DNA of 64,000 nt from Mycobacteriales bacterium. Its GTDB lineage: Bacteria; Actinomycetota; Actinomycetes; Mycobacteriales; SCTD01. The notes below the pieces were generated by a model. It was not told the DNA's origin and searched no databases. It was given only the letters and a program-made list of their open reading frames with translations. The translations under genes and the position numbers were made by a program. Positions within the stretch are counted from its first letter, which is position 1, and each line of letters starts with the position of its first letter. This document shows, in pieces, positions 10,712-20,200 of this stretch. The stretch spans positions 77,362-141,361 of the forward strand of contig JAUJOY010000003.1 in the NCBI GenBank assembly GCA_030447385.1, in the 5' to 3' direction.

Positions 10712-11425
10712 ATGACCCTGGCCCACCTGCCGTACGACCGGCAGCTCGCCCGGCGGCTGGCCCGCGAGGCGCGGGCCGCTGCCAAGGAGCAGGTGCGCGC
10801 CGAGATCGCCTACACCAAGCAGGTCCGGCGGCGCGAGCGCGTGCTGGCGCGGGCCCGCAGGGGGCTGCCCCGGCAGACGCTAATCGCCGCAGGCGCCGCG
10901 GTGGCGACGTGGCCGCTGGACGGGGGGTGGGTGTGGCTGGCGATGACGACGTCCGCCGTCGCGGGACTCGGCGCGTGGAACTGCCTGCAGACGCTGCGCC
11001 GTCCGCCGGAGCCTGCGCAGCCCCTGGCCGCGGCCGCGCCCGTCCTGCCCCCACCGCCCCCGCGACGGTCCGCCACCTTTTCGGCCGTCTGGCGCCTCGA
11101 GGTCGTCCGCGAGGAGCTGCGCCGGCTGCTGCCGCTGGTGGCACCCGCCGGCCGGGAGGTGGCCGAGGAGGCTTGGCGTGCCGCGGCGGAGGCCGACGCC
11201 GCGCTGCGCTGGCAGGCCGCCCGCCTGGCCGCCGCCGAGCCCTACGGCTGCGCCGACGACGCGTTGCTGGGGGCGCTGTTCGAGGGCGTGGCCTGTCAGG
11301 AGCGGCTGGTTGCGGGGGTCGCGGACCTCGTCGCCGCGAGCGCCGACCCCCTCGGCACCCGCCGCCTGCAGGACGCGACCGACGCGCTGCACGGGCTGGC
11401 GCAGGGGATGCGCGAGGTCCGCTGA
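10712..11425 (+). CDS. Membrane protein resembling PspM (Rv2743c-type partner of PspA)
   Basis: 237 aa with a basic N-terminus, a TM hairpin (TLIAAGAAVATWPL and WVWLAMTTSAVAGLGAW), a Pro-rich linker with PPRRSATFSAVWRLEVVREEL, and a helical C-terminus. Lies directly downstream of pspA, as in the mycobacterial clgR-pspA-Rv2743c arrangement. Confidence 0.5.
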   Translation: MTLAHLPYDRQLARRLAREARAAAKEQVRAEIAYTKQVRRRERVLARARRGLPRQTLIAAGAAVATWPLDGGWVWLAMTTSAVAGLGAWNCLQTLRRPPEPAQPLAAAAPVLPPPPPRRSATFSAVWRLEVVREELRRLLPLVAPAGREVAEEAWRAAAEADAALRWQAARLAAAEPYGCADDALLGALFEGVACQERLVAGVADLVAASADPLGTRRLQDATDALHGLAQGMREVR

Positions 11426-11459
11426 GGACGCCGGCGCACCCCTTCGTGGCGTCCAGGTC

Positions 11460-12488
11460 ATGACGCCGGACCTGCGTGCGCTGTTCTCCCCGGAGCCCGG
11501 CTACCTCAACACCGCCTCCCTCGGCGTCCCGCCGTCGACGGCGCTGGCTGCCCTGCACGAGGTCCTCGACGGCTGGCGCCGTGGCCGCCTGCAGCCGCCG
11601 GACTTCGATGCCGCCGTGGAGCGCTCCCGGCGCGCGTGGGCCGCCCTCAGCGCGGTGGATCCGGCGCAGGTCGCGGTCGGGGCGGCGGTGTCGCAGTTCG
11701 TCGGTCTCGTCGCCGCGGCGCTCCCGGACGGCGCCCGCGTCCTCACCGTGCAGGGCGAGTTCACCTCGGTCCTGTTCCCGTTCCTGGTGCACGCCGGCCG
11801 CGGCGTGACCGTCCAGGAGGTCCCGTTGGACGAGCTGCCCGCCTCCTGCGGCTCGGCCGACCTCGTCGCGGTCAGCTGCGTCCAGTCCGCCGACGGCCGG
11901 GTGGTGGACCTCCGGGCGGTGCTGGCTGCCGCGCACGCCGCCGGTGCGCGGGTGCTGCTCGACACGACCCAGTCCTGCGGCTGGCTTCCGCTCGACGTGT
12001 CCGAGGTCGACGTGGTCGTGTGCGGGGGCTACAAGTGGTTGCTGTGCCCGCGCGGCACGGCGTTCCTCTACGTGCGCCCCGAGGTGCTGGCCGAGCTCCG
12101 TCCGCTCGCGGCCGGCTGGTATGCCGGGGACGACCCGTGGACCTCGATCTACGGCTCGCCGCTCCGGCTGGCTGCGGACGCCCGTCGGTTCGACCTGTCG
12201 CCGGCGTGGTTCTCCTGGACGGGCGCCGCGGTCGCCCTGGAGCTGCTCGCCGGGCTGGATGCAGACGCGGTACGCCGGCACGACGTCGCCCTCGCGGACC
12301 TGTTCCTCGACCGGATGGGGCTGCCCTCACGGGGCTCCGCCATCGTGACCGTCGACACCGCCGGCGCGGCGCAGCGGCTCGCTGCAGCCGGTGTTCGGGC
12401 GGCCGTTCGGGCCGGCAGGGCGCGGCTGTCGTTCCACCTCTACAACGACGAGGCCGACGTCGAGCAGGCGGTGGCGGCCCTGCGCTGA
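11460..12488 (+). CDS. Class V aminotransferase-fold PLP-dependent enzyme (cysteine desulfurase/selenocysteine lyase-like)
   Basis: From the ATG at 11460: MTPDLRALFSPEPGYLNTASLGVPP..., with a conserved GGYKWLLCPRG lysine region and a C-terminal RLSFHLYNDEADV. Confidence 0.75.
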   Translation: MTPDLRALFSPEPGYLNTASLGVPPSTALAALHEVLDGWRRGRLQPPDFDAAVERSRRAWAALSAVDPAQVAVGAAVSQFVGLVAAALPDGARVLTVQGEFTSVLFPFLVHAGRGVTVQEVPLDELPASCGSADLVAVSCVQSADGRVVDLRAVLAAAHAAGARVLLDTTQSCGWLPLDVSEVDVVVCGGYKWLLCPRGTAFLYVRPEVLAELRPLAAGWYAGDDPWTSIYGSPLRLAADARRFDLSPAWFSWTGAAVALELLAGLDADAVRRHDVALADLFLDRMGLPSRGSAIVTVDTAGAAQRLAAAGVRAAVRAGRARLSFHLYNDEADVEQAVAALR

Positions 12489-12561
12489 CCTCGGGCTCCT
12501 GACCGGCGCACGGTCAGGGAAGGCTCCGCCTCCGGCGGCAACCGCGCCTACCGTCGTCACC

Positions 12562-13134
12562 GTGCCGCTGCTGAGCGTCGACGACCCGCTGCCGGCCCGC
12601 CCGCGGCGCGTCGTCGTCGCGGGTAGCTCGGGCTCGGGCAAGACGACGCTGGCCGGCCGCATCGCAGAGCTCCTGCGGATCCCCCACGTGGAGATCGACG
12701 GGCTGTTCCACGGACCCGGCTGGACGCCTCGGCCCGAGTTCGAGGACGACGTGCGCCGCTTCGCCGCCACCGAGCGCTGGGTCACCGAGTGGCAGTACAC
12801 CCTGGTACGTCCGCTGCTCGCCGAGCGTGCCGACCTGATGGTGTGGCTCGACCTGCCGCTGCGGGTCGTCCTGCAACAGCTGGTGTGGCGCACGGTGCGG
12901 CGGCGGCTGGCGCGTACTCCGCTGTGGAACGGCAATCTCGAGCCGCCGCTGCGGACGTTCCTCACCGACCCCGACCACATCGTGCGCTGGGCGATGTCGA
13001 CCCACGGCAAGAGCGCCGTGCGGGTGGCGGCGCTGCTCCAGGACCGGCCCGAGCTGCCCATCGTCCGGGTGCAGAGCCGTCCGGCGCTCGAGCGCTGGCT
13101 GGCCGGCCGGCTGGAGCAGGTCGCGCAGGGCTGA
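12562..13134 (+). CDS. P-loop NTPase, adenylate-kinase/FlaR-like family
   Basis: Walker A VVVAGSSGSGKTTLAGRIA close to the proposed GTG start at 12562. Size is about 190 aa. The ORF track start at 12391 overlaps the upstream gene. Confidence 0.65.
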   Translation: MPLLSVDDPLPARPRRVVVAGSSGSGKTTLAGRIAELLRIPHVEIDGLFHGPGWTPRPEFEDDVRRFAATERWVTEWQYTLVRPLLAERADLMVWLDLPLRVVLQQLVWRTVRRRLARTPLWNGNLEPPLRTFLTDPDHIVRWAMSTHGKSAVRVAALLQDRPELPIVRVQSRPALERWLAGRLEQVAQG

Positions 13135-13146
13135 CGCCGGCGCTCG

Positions 13147-14001
13147 TCAGGGGCGGTAGGCGGTCCGCCCGATCGGGCGGTCCTTGTGCCGGGGCGCGGG
13201 AGCCGGGGACGGCGCGGGGCCGGCCTGGCAGTGCGGGCACCAGTAGCTCAACCGCGCGTACGGCGCCGCGCCCTGCTCGGCCGAGACGACCCGTGTGCCG
13301 CAGCGCCTGCACGGCTGGCCGGAGCGCTCGAAGACCCAGTGCATCTGGCCGTAGCGCAGCGACCCGGTCGTGGACTGCTCCCAGCGCCCGCGGTTCGCGA
13401 GCATCAGGCGCCGCGCCTTGTCCACGAGCGCCGGCAGGTCCTGGACGTCGGCCACCGGCGTCCACGGCGTGATCCCCTGCAGGAAGAGCACCTCGGTCCG
13501 GTAGAGGTTGCCCAGGCCCGCGAGGTTGCGCTGGTCGAGCAGGGCCATGCCGATCTCGGCGGACGGCGCCGACCACAGCCGGCGCAGCGCCTCCACCGGG
13601 TCCCAGTCGTCGGCGAGCAGGTCCGGGCCGAGGTGCCCGACCGCGTCCCGCTCCGCGGCGGTGTCCAGCAGCTCGACCACCGGCAGCCGGTAGCCCACGG
13701 CCTGCCACTCGGCGTTCTCGAGGACCGCCCGCACCTGCCACCGGGGCCCCCCCTGCCACCTGTCGCCGTGGCGGTAGAGGTGCCAGGAGCCGTCCATGCG
13801 GAAGTGGGTGTGCAGGGTGTGGCCCCCCGACAGGCGGGTCAGCAGGTGCTTGCCCCTCGGCGCGACCTCCAGGACCGTCCGCCCCGCCAGGTCGACCGTG
13901 GCCAGGGAGGGCACCCGGAAGTCGGTGCGCGTCAGGACCTTGCGGCTCAGCGCGGCATGCAGCCGCTGCGCGGCAAGCCAGACGGTGTCACCCTCGGGCA
14001 A
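13147..14001 (-). CDS. nei: Fpg/Nei family DNA glycosylase (endonuclease VIII-like)
   Basis: MPEGDTVW N-terminus with the catalytic Pro2/Glu3, an H2TH region LLDQRNLAGLGNLYRTEVLF, and a C-terminal zinc finger CRRCGTRV...CPHCQ. Confidence 0.9.
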   Translation of the reverse strand: MPEGDTVWLAAQRLHAALSRKVLTRTDFRVPSLATVDLAGRTVLEVAPRGKHLLTRLSGGHTLHTHFRMDGSWHLYRHGDRWQGGPRWQVRAVLENAEWQAVGYRLPVVELLDTAAERDAVGHLGPDLLADDWDPVEALRRLWSAPSAEIGMALLDQRNLAGLGNLYRTEVLFLQGITPWTPVADVQDLPALVDKARRLMLANRGRWEQSTTGSLRYGQMHWVFERSGQPCRRCGTRVVSAEQGAAPYARLSYWCPHCQAGPAPSPAPAPRHKDRPIGRTAYRP

Positions 14002-14893
14002 GGCCGGCCCCGCCGGACAGCCGCCGGGTGCGTGACCCGAAGGACTCCTCGTTCACCCCGCGGCGAAGGCCCGGCCGGGTCGGTCGTTCCGCCAGCGACG
14101 GAGCGGGGCCGGGCTGGCAGTGCGGGCACCACCACGTCTCCCTGGCGTACGCGCCGCCCGGCACGCTGTCGCGGTAGTCGACCGGTGTCGCGCACCGGCG
14201 GCAGGGCCGGCCCGCGCGGCCGTACACCCAGTGCGTTCGCCCGCGCCGGGTGTCGCCGGTCGTCACCTGTCCCGGGTGCTCCAGCGAGTGCCGCATCATC
14301 CGGCGTACCAGCTGCACGGTCGCGGTCAGGTCCACCTGCTGCACCGGCGTCCAGGGCGAGTGCCCGCGCAGGTAGCAGGTCTCCACCGCCCGCCACAGGT
14401 TGCCGATCCCGGCCAGGTTGCGCTGGTCCAGCAGCGCCTCGACCAGCGGCCGTTCCGGCCCGCCCAGGAGGCGGCGAACGGCCTCCGCCTCGTCCCATGC
14501 CAGGCCCAGCAGGTCGGGCCCCAGGTGCCCGACGACAGCCGGCTCGTCGGCTGTCGGCAGCAGCTCCAGGACGGGCATGCGCAGGGCGTACGCGGTCGGA
14601 CCCTCGGTCGCCAGCACCAGGCGGATCTCGTCCTCGAAACGGGGTGGCAGGGCCTTGCCGGGCCCCGCCACCTCCCAGGCACCGTCCATCTCGAGGTGGG
14701 TGTGCAGCGTCAGGCCGCCGCTGAAGCGGGCCAGCAGATGCTTGCCGTAGGAGTCGAAGGTGAGAACCTCCCGCCCCGACAGGTCCGACGTCGCGTGCTG
14801 CGGGACGCGGAAGTCCGAGCGGCGGACGGTGCGGCCGACCACGTGCCCACGCATCCGGCGGGCCGCCTTCCAGACGCTGTCACCTTCGGGCAC
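13988..14893 (-). CDS. nei: Fpg/Nei family DNA glycosylase, tandem paralogue
   Basis: MPEGDSVW N-terminus, H2TH region LLDQRNLAGIGNLWRAVETCY, zinc finger CRRCATPV...CPHCQ. The 3' end overlaps the start of the downstream nei by 14 nt. Confidence 0.9.
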   Translation of the reverse strand: MPEGDSVWKAARRMRGHVVGRTVRRSDFRVPQHATSDLSGREVLTFDSYGKHLLARFSGGLTLHTHLEMDGAWEVAGPGKALPPRFEDEIRLVLATEGPTAYALRMPVLELLPTADEPAVVGHLGPDLLGLAWDEAEAVRRLLGGPERPLVEALLDQRNLAGIGNLWRAVETCYLRGHSPWTPVQQVDLTATVQLVRRMMRHSLEHPGQVTTGDTRRGRTHWVYGRAGRPCRRCATPVDYRDSVPGGAYARETWWCPHCQPGPAPSLAERPTRPGLRRGVNEESFGSRTRRLSGGAGLARG

Positions 14894-14943
14894 CCGCCCA
14901 TCCTGCCCAGACCCCGCAGGTGCGGCACCTCGAGTCGTCGAAC

Positions 14944-17217
14944 ATGCTGGTAGTCATGCGCCTTCGCCCGACCGCCCTGCTGATGCTCGCGGCGCTCGCG
15001 GCTTCCGCGGCCATGGCGGCGCCGGCCGCGTCCGCAGCCGATCCCGTGCGACTGCTGACCGGCCCCACGCCCGAGACCGGTGCGTTCCCCGCCGACCGGT
15101 TCACCGTCGCCGACCCGGCGCAGCTGACCGGGCGCCGCGTGTCACTGCCGGTGCCGACGTGCACCGCGCAGACGCGCACGGTCTGCGACTCCCTGTCCCT
15201 GCTGAACACCCTCGACGGATTCGACCTCCAGCCGCGGGTGTTCCTGCCCTTCAGCGGCCGCATCGACGTGGGCACCGTGACCCCCGACACCGTCTACGTG
15301 GAGGGGGCCGGCCGACGGGTGGGCCTGCAGCAGCTCACCCTCGACCGCTCGCGCAACGTGCTCGCCGGCACCACCCGCGAGCAGCTGCAGGAGCAGACCG
15401 GCTACGTCCTCGTCGTCACCCGCAGCGTCCGGGACGCGTCCGGGGCACCACTGGAGCGCGAGGTCCGTACGCCCTTCACGACGATGAGCGGCACCACCGA
15501 GCTGGACCGGCTGCGCCGGGCACTCGACGACGGCTCCGCCTACACCCAGGCCGGCATCGGGAGCCGGGTGGCGAGCTTCACCCAGGGGAGCACGACCACG
15601 GTCTTCCCCCCGACGGCGAGCGAGCTCATGATGCGGCTCGACCAGCAGTCGGCCGACCCGAACGCCCCGCTGGTCAGCTCGCAGGTGCCGAACCTCGCGC
15701 TGGCCGGGGTCGGCTGCTACGCCTTCGGCAGCTTCGAGAGCCCGCAGTTCACCCGCCCGGACTCGACCATCCCGCCGACCCCCTCGGGCGCCACGGCCCG
15801 GGCTCTCGGCAGCGCGCGGCTGGGCTTCGCGCTCATCGTCCCGGCCGGCCCCCCTCCGCCGGGCGGCTGGCCGACGGCGGTCTACGGGCCGGGCTTCACC
15901 CGCAGCTACTTCGACCTGTTCGTCACGAGCGACCTCAACGCCGCCGCGGGCATCGCCACCCTGGCGACGCATCCGCTCGGTCACGGCTACGGCCCGGCCA
16001 GCACGATCTCGGTCGGAGCGCCCGGGGCGGAGACGACCTTCCTGTCGTACGGCAGGGGGCGTGACCTCGACGCGGACGGCGCGATCGCCGCAGCGGAAGG
16101 ATCGCAGCCGATCGAGACCCGCTCGCCAGCAGGCACGGTGGAGGCGAGCCCCAACGCGCTGCACGGGCTGCGGGGATCGCTGACCCAGACGGTCGTGGAC
16201 AACATGGCGCTGGTGCGCGCGGTGCAGGCCGGCATCTCCGTGCCCGGCTGCACCCTCAGCCCCGGCGCCACGCTGGCTCGCGCGGACGTGAAGTACTTCG
16301 GGCTGTCCTTCGGTGGGATCTACGGAACGATGCTGATGGGCACCGACCCGAGCGTGCGGACGGCCCTGCTCAACGTGCCGGGCGGGCCGGTGGTGGACAT
16401 CGCCCGGCTCGGCGGCTTCCGCCCGCGCCTGGCCGCCACGCTCGGCGCCAGCAGGCCCTCGCTGCTCAACGGCGGCCCGGGGCTCGACGGGTTCACCGAG
16501 TCGATCCCCGAACCGCACGACCCGCCGATCCTCGACCCGGCCCCCGGTGCGATGGAGCTGCAGCGCTACCTGGCCTACGCCACCTGGTACGGCCGCCCTG
16601 GTGGTCCTGAGACCTACGCCCCCCTGATCCGCAGGCAGCCCCGCAACGGCGTGAAGTCGCTGCTGTTGCAGGTCGCGTTCGGCGACCACACCGTCCCGAA
16701 TGTGACGAGCGGCAACATCCTGCGCGCGGGCGAGCTGTTCGACCGGACCACCTACTACCGCAACGACCTGACACCGACCGCTGACCAGGATCCGCACGGC
16801 TTCCTCGCTGATCCGAGGCGGACCGGCCGCCAGATGGGTCAGGCGCAGCTGACCGCCTTCCTGACCACCGGCCAGATCGTCGACCCGGACGGCCCGGCAC
16901 CGGTGTTCGAGGTGCCGATCGCGAACCGCGACAACCTCCAGTGCCTGCACTACCCGCCCCCTCAGACGGGCCGGGACGCCTTCCCGCCACCCGCCGCCGG
17001 ACCCTGTCCGGCCCGTCCGGCCGACGCCCAGGTGGCGGTCCCCAGTCCGCCGGCACCGGCGCCGGGCAGGGGCGCGGTGCAGGCTCCGGCCGCCCCGACG
17101 ACAGCGGCCGCCGGCCAGAGCGGCGCCCTTCCAGCGACCGGCAGCGAGGTCGTCCTGCCCGCGCTCGCCGTCCTGGCGATGGCCGCGGCCGTCGGGATGC
17201 GGCGCACCCGTCGCTGA
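14944..17217 (+). CDS. Secreted, sortase-anchored alpha/beta-hydrolase-like protein (LPXTG cell-wall anchor)
   Basis: Signal peptide MRLRPTALLMLAALAASAAMAAPAASA. Candidate nucleophile elbow YFGLSFGGIYG (GxSxG). C-terminal sorting signal LPATGSEVVLPALAVLAMAAAVGMRRTRR, i.e. LPXTG plus TM plus a basic tail. Alternative starts at 14920 and 14956. Confidence 0.65.
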   Translation: MLVVMRLRPTALLMLAALAASAAMAAPAASAADPVRLLTGPTPETGAFPADRFTVADPAQLTGRRVSLPVPTCTAQTRTVCDSLSLLNTLDGFDLQPRVFLPFSGRIDVGTVTPDTVYVEGAGRRVGLQQLTLDRSRNVLAGTTREQLQEQTGYVLVVTRSVRDASGAPLEREVRTPFTTMSGTTELDRLRRALDDGSAYTQAGIGSRVASFTQGSTTTVFPPTASELMMRLDQQSADPNAPLVSSQVPNLALAGVGCYAFGSFESPQFTRPDSTIPPTPSGATARALGSARLGFALIVPAGPPPPGGWPTAVYGPGFTRSYFDLFVTSDLNAAAGIATLATHPLGHGYGPASTISVGAPGAETTFLSYGRGRDLDADGAIAAAEGSQPIETRSPAGTVEASPNALHGLRGSLTQTVVDNMALVRAVQAGISVPGCTLSPGATLARADVKYFGLSFGGIYGTMLMGTDPSVRTALLNVPGGPVVDIARLGGFRPRLAATLGASRPSLLNGGPGLDGFTESIPEPHDPPILDPAPGAMELQRYLAYATWYGRPGGPETYAPLIRRQPRNGVKSLLLQVAFGDHTVPNVTSGNILRAGELFDRTTYYRNDLTPTADQDPHGFLADPRRTGRQMGQAQLTAFLTTGQIVDPDGPAPVFEVPIANRDNLQCLHYPPPQTGRDAFPPPAAGPCPARPADAQVAVPSPPAPAPGRGAVQAPAAPTTAAAGQSGALPATGSEVVLPALAVLAMAAAVGMRRTRR

Positions 17218-17263
17218 GGGCCTCGGGCCGACGTCGAGCGAAGCGGCGAGAGGAGCTTCGGCG

Positions 17264-20200
17264 TCAGGCCCGCAGGCGAAGACCCCGCGGGGTCGGCCGG
17301 AAGCCGGCCGCTTCCAGCGCCGCCCCGAGCGGTGAGGTCAGGGCCGCCTCACCGTCGGCCTTGGTGACCGTCATCCGGCCGAGCGCTCCGTCGCGCACGG
17401 CCAGGGCCAGCGCGTCCACCGCCGGGATGAGGAGGCTGTCCTCGGCCTGGAACGACAGCAGCGTCTTGCCGCCGCGCTCGACGTACAGCACCAGGACGCC
17501 GTCGACGAGGACCACGAGAGCGCCCGCCTTCCGGGCGGGCTTGTGGCCGGTCGGTGCGTCCTGCTCGGTCACCGCACGCTCCGGCCACGGCAGAGCCGCA
17601 CCGTAGGGGTTGGCCGGATCGGTCGCCGCCAGCACGACCGCCCTCGCGTCGTCGCGCCGCTTGCGCTGCCGGACGGAGGAGGAGTCGGCATCCCAACCAC
17701 CGGGGACCGGGGTCTGCCACAGCGGCTCGTCCGCCGCCGGACGCGCGGCGGCCAGCGCACGCATCCGGTCGACCGCACCGGCGGCGGCGAACTGCGACGC
17801 ACCGAGCCCCTCGACGAAGTAGCCACGACGGACCCGCCCCGCCTCCTCGAAGGCCTTCAGCACCGCGTAGACAGCAGCGAAGCCGCCCGGCGCCCGCTCG
17901 GCCATCACGCTGCCGCGGGTGAGGACACCGTGGCGGTCGAGCAGCGTCTCGGCCAGCGCATGCAGCCGCCGGGTGGCGTCACCGTCCCGGGTGGGCAGCC
18001 GCGACCAGCGCCCCGCAACGGTGGGCGGGGATCCGCGGGTGGGCAGCACCGGGCGGCCGTACCGGCTGCGCTGGCGGGTCGGCGCCCGCCGCGCGGTGAG
18101 CGCGGTCTTCCCGGTGCCGAGCAGGGCGCGCAGCGGACCGAGGGTGTCGTTGGTGAGGTGGCCGGCCCAGACGAGGTCCCACAGGACCGCGGTCAGCGCC
18201 GGGTCGTCCGCCGGACCGACGCGCTCGGACAGCGAGCGGAAGAACAGCGCCTGCCCTCCGTCGAGGACGTCGAGGACCCGGTCGTGCAACGGCGTCGACG
18301 ACAGCTCGCCGAGCGCGGGCAGGACGAGGTCGGCGGAGTCGGCGAGCTGCAGGGACACCCACCCGTCGCTGCCGGGCAGCGAGCCCTGCCCGGCCCACAG
18401 GACCTCTCCGGAGGTGGTCAGCTCGTCGAGCATCGAGGGCGTGTAGCCGGGAACCCGCGAGGGCAGGACGAGCGTCTCCAGCGCCGAGGCCGGCACGGAC
18501 GCGCCCTGCAGCTGCTCGACGACCCGCACCAGCGCATCGAGCCCGCGGCCAGAAGCCCCGGACGAGATCCCCTGCCACTGGGGCAGGAAGCGGGCCAGAG
18601 CCTGCGGCGGGACCGGCTCGACCTCCTGGCGCAGCTTGGCCAGCGAGCGGCGGCGCAGCAGGCGCAGCACCTCCGCGTCGCACCACTCCAGCCCGGTGCC
18701 GCCCGGCCGGAACTCCCCGTGCACGACGCGTCCGCTCGCCGACAGCCGGGCGAGCGCGCCGTCGACCACAGCCACCCCGAGGCCGTAGCGTGCCGCGACG
18801 TCGCGTGGATGGAAGGGCCCGTGCGTACGCGCGTAGCGCGACACCAGGTCCCCCACCGGATCCCTGACCGGCTCCAGGAACGCCTCGGCGATCCCGACCG
18901 GCAGCGCTGCCCCCAGTGCGTCCCGCAGCCGCCCGGCGTCCTCCACCGGCACCCATCGCTCCTGTCCCGCGATGCGCACCCGCAGGACCCGTCTCTGCGA
19001 CTCCAGCTCGACCAGCCAGCCCGGCTCCCCACCGCGGTCGATCACCTCCTCGGTGGTCAGGTCGCCCAGCATCCGCAGCAGGTCGGCCACACCCTCGAGG
19101 TCCTTCGCACGCCGGTCCGGGGTGCGCCGTGAGATCTCGGCCTCGACCTCCTCGAGCGCCTCGGGCGAGAGCAGCTCGCGCAGCTCGGCCTGCCCGAGGA
19201 GCTCGGCCAGCAGGGTGCTGTCGAGCGAGAGCGCCTGGGCGCGGCGCTCGGCCAGCGGCGCATCCCCCTCGTACATGAAGGCCCCGATGTAGCCGAACAG
19301 CAGCGACCGGGCGAACGGCGACGGCATGGGCGTCTCGACCTCGACGACGCGTACGCGGCGGGCCTCGACGTCGCGCATCAGCCCGACCAGCCCGGGCACG
19401 TCGAAGACGTCCTGCAGCACCTCGCGCATCGTCTCGAGGACGATCGGGAAGCTGCCGTACTGCGCCGCCACCGACAGCAGCTGCGCGGAGCGCTGGCGCT
19501 GCTGCCACAGCGGGGTCCGCCGCGTGGGGTTGCGCCGGGGGAGCAGCAGCGCACGCGCCGCGCACTCCCGGAAGCGGCTGGCGAACAGCGCGCTCCCGCC
19601 GACCTCGGCCTGCACCGACCGCTCGACCTCGTCGGCGGCGAACACCGCGACCGAGCCGTCCGGCGCCGACTCGGTCTCGGGCAGCCGCAGCACGATCCCG
19701 TCGTCGGAGTGCATCGACTGCACGTCGACTCCGTGGGTCTCCCTCAGCCGCGCGGACAGCGCCAACGCCCACGGCTGGTTGACCTGCGCGCCGAACGGCG
19801 AGTGGATCGCGAGCCGCCAGTCGCCGAGCTCGTCGCGGAAGCGCTCGACCAGCACGGTCCGGTCATCGGGAAGGGTGCCGGTGGCCTCGCGCTGCTCGGC
19901 CAGGTAGGTCAGCAGGTTCTCGGCGGCGAAGGCGTCCAGACCTGCGTCCAGCAGGCGGCTGCGGGCGTCCTGGTCGGACAGCGCCGACAGCTCTCGCAGG
20001 AACGCGCCGAGGGCCCGGCCCAGCTCGATCGGCCGGCCAGGGGCATCCCCGTGCCAGTAGGGCATCCGCCCCGGCTGCCCGGGCGCCGGCGTGACGAGCA
20101 CCCGGTCGTGCGTGATGTCTTCGATCCGCCACGCGGAGGAGCCCAGCAGGAAGACGTCGCCGACGCGTGACTCGTAGACCATCTCCTCGTCGAGCTCGCC

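Noticed and set aside
8929-10785. 618-aa reverse-strand ORF across the pspA locus
   Set aside because: It is antisense to pspA and its neighbours, and its translation is low complexity.
14938-14953. TCGAACATGCTGGTAG as a possible SOS box between nei and the LPXTG gene
   Set aside because: Only the left half-site matches. The right half (TGGTAG versus GTTCGA) mismatches at every position.
17218-17263. Hairpin CGAAGC-N10-GCTTCG between the convergent LPXTG gene and lhr
   Set aside because: A 6-bp stem with a 10-nt loop is too weak to call a terminator on sequence alone.
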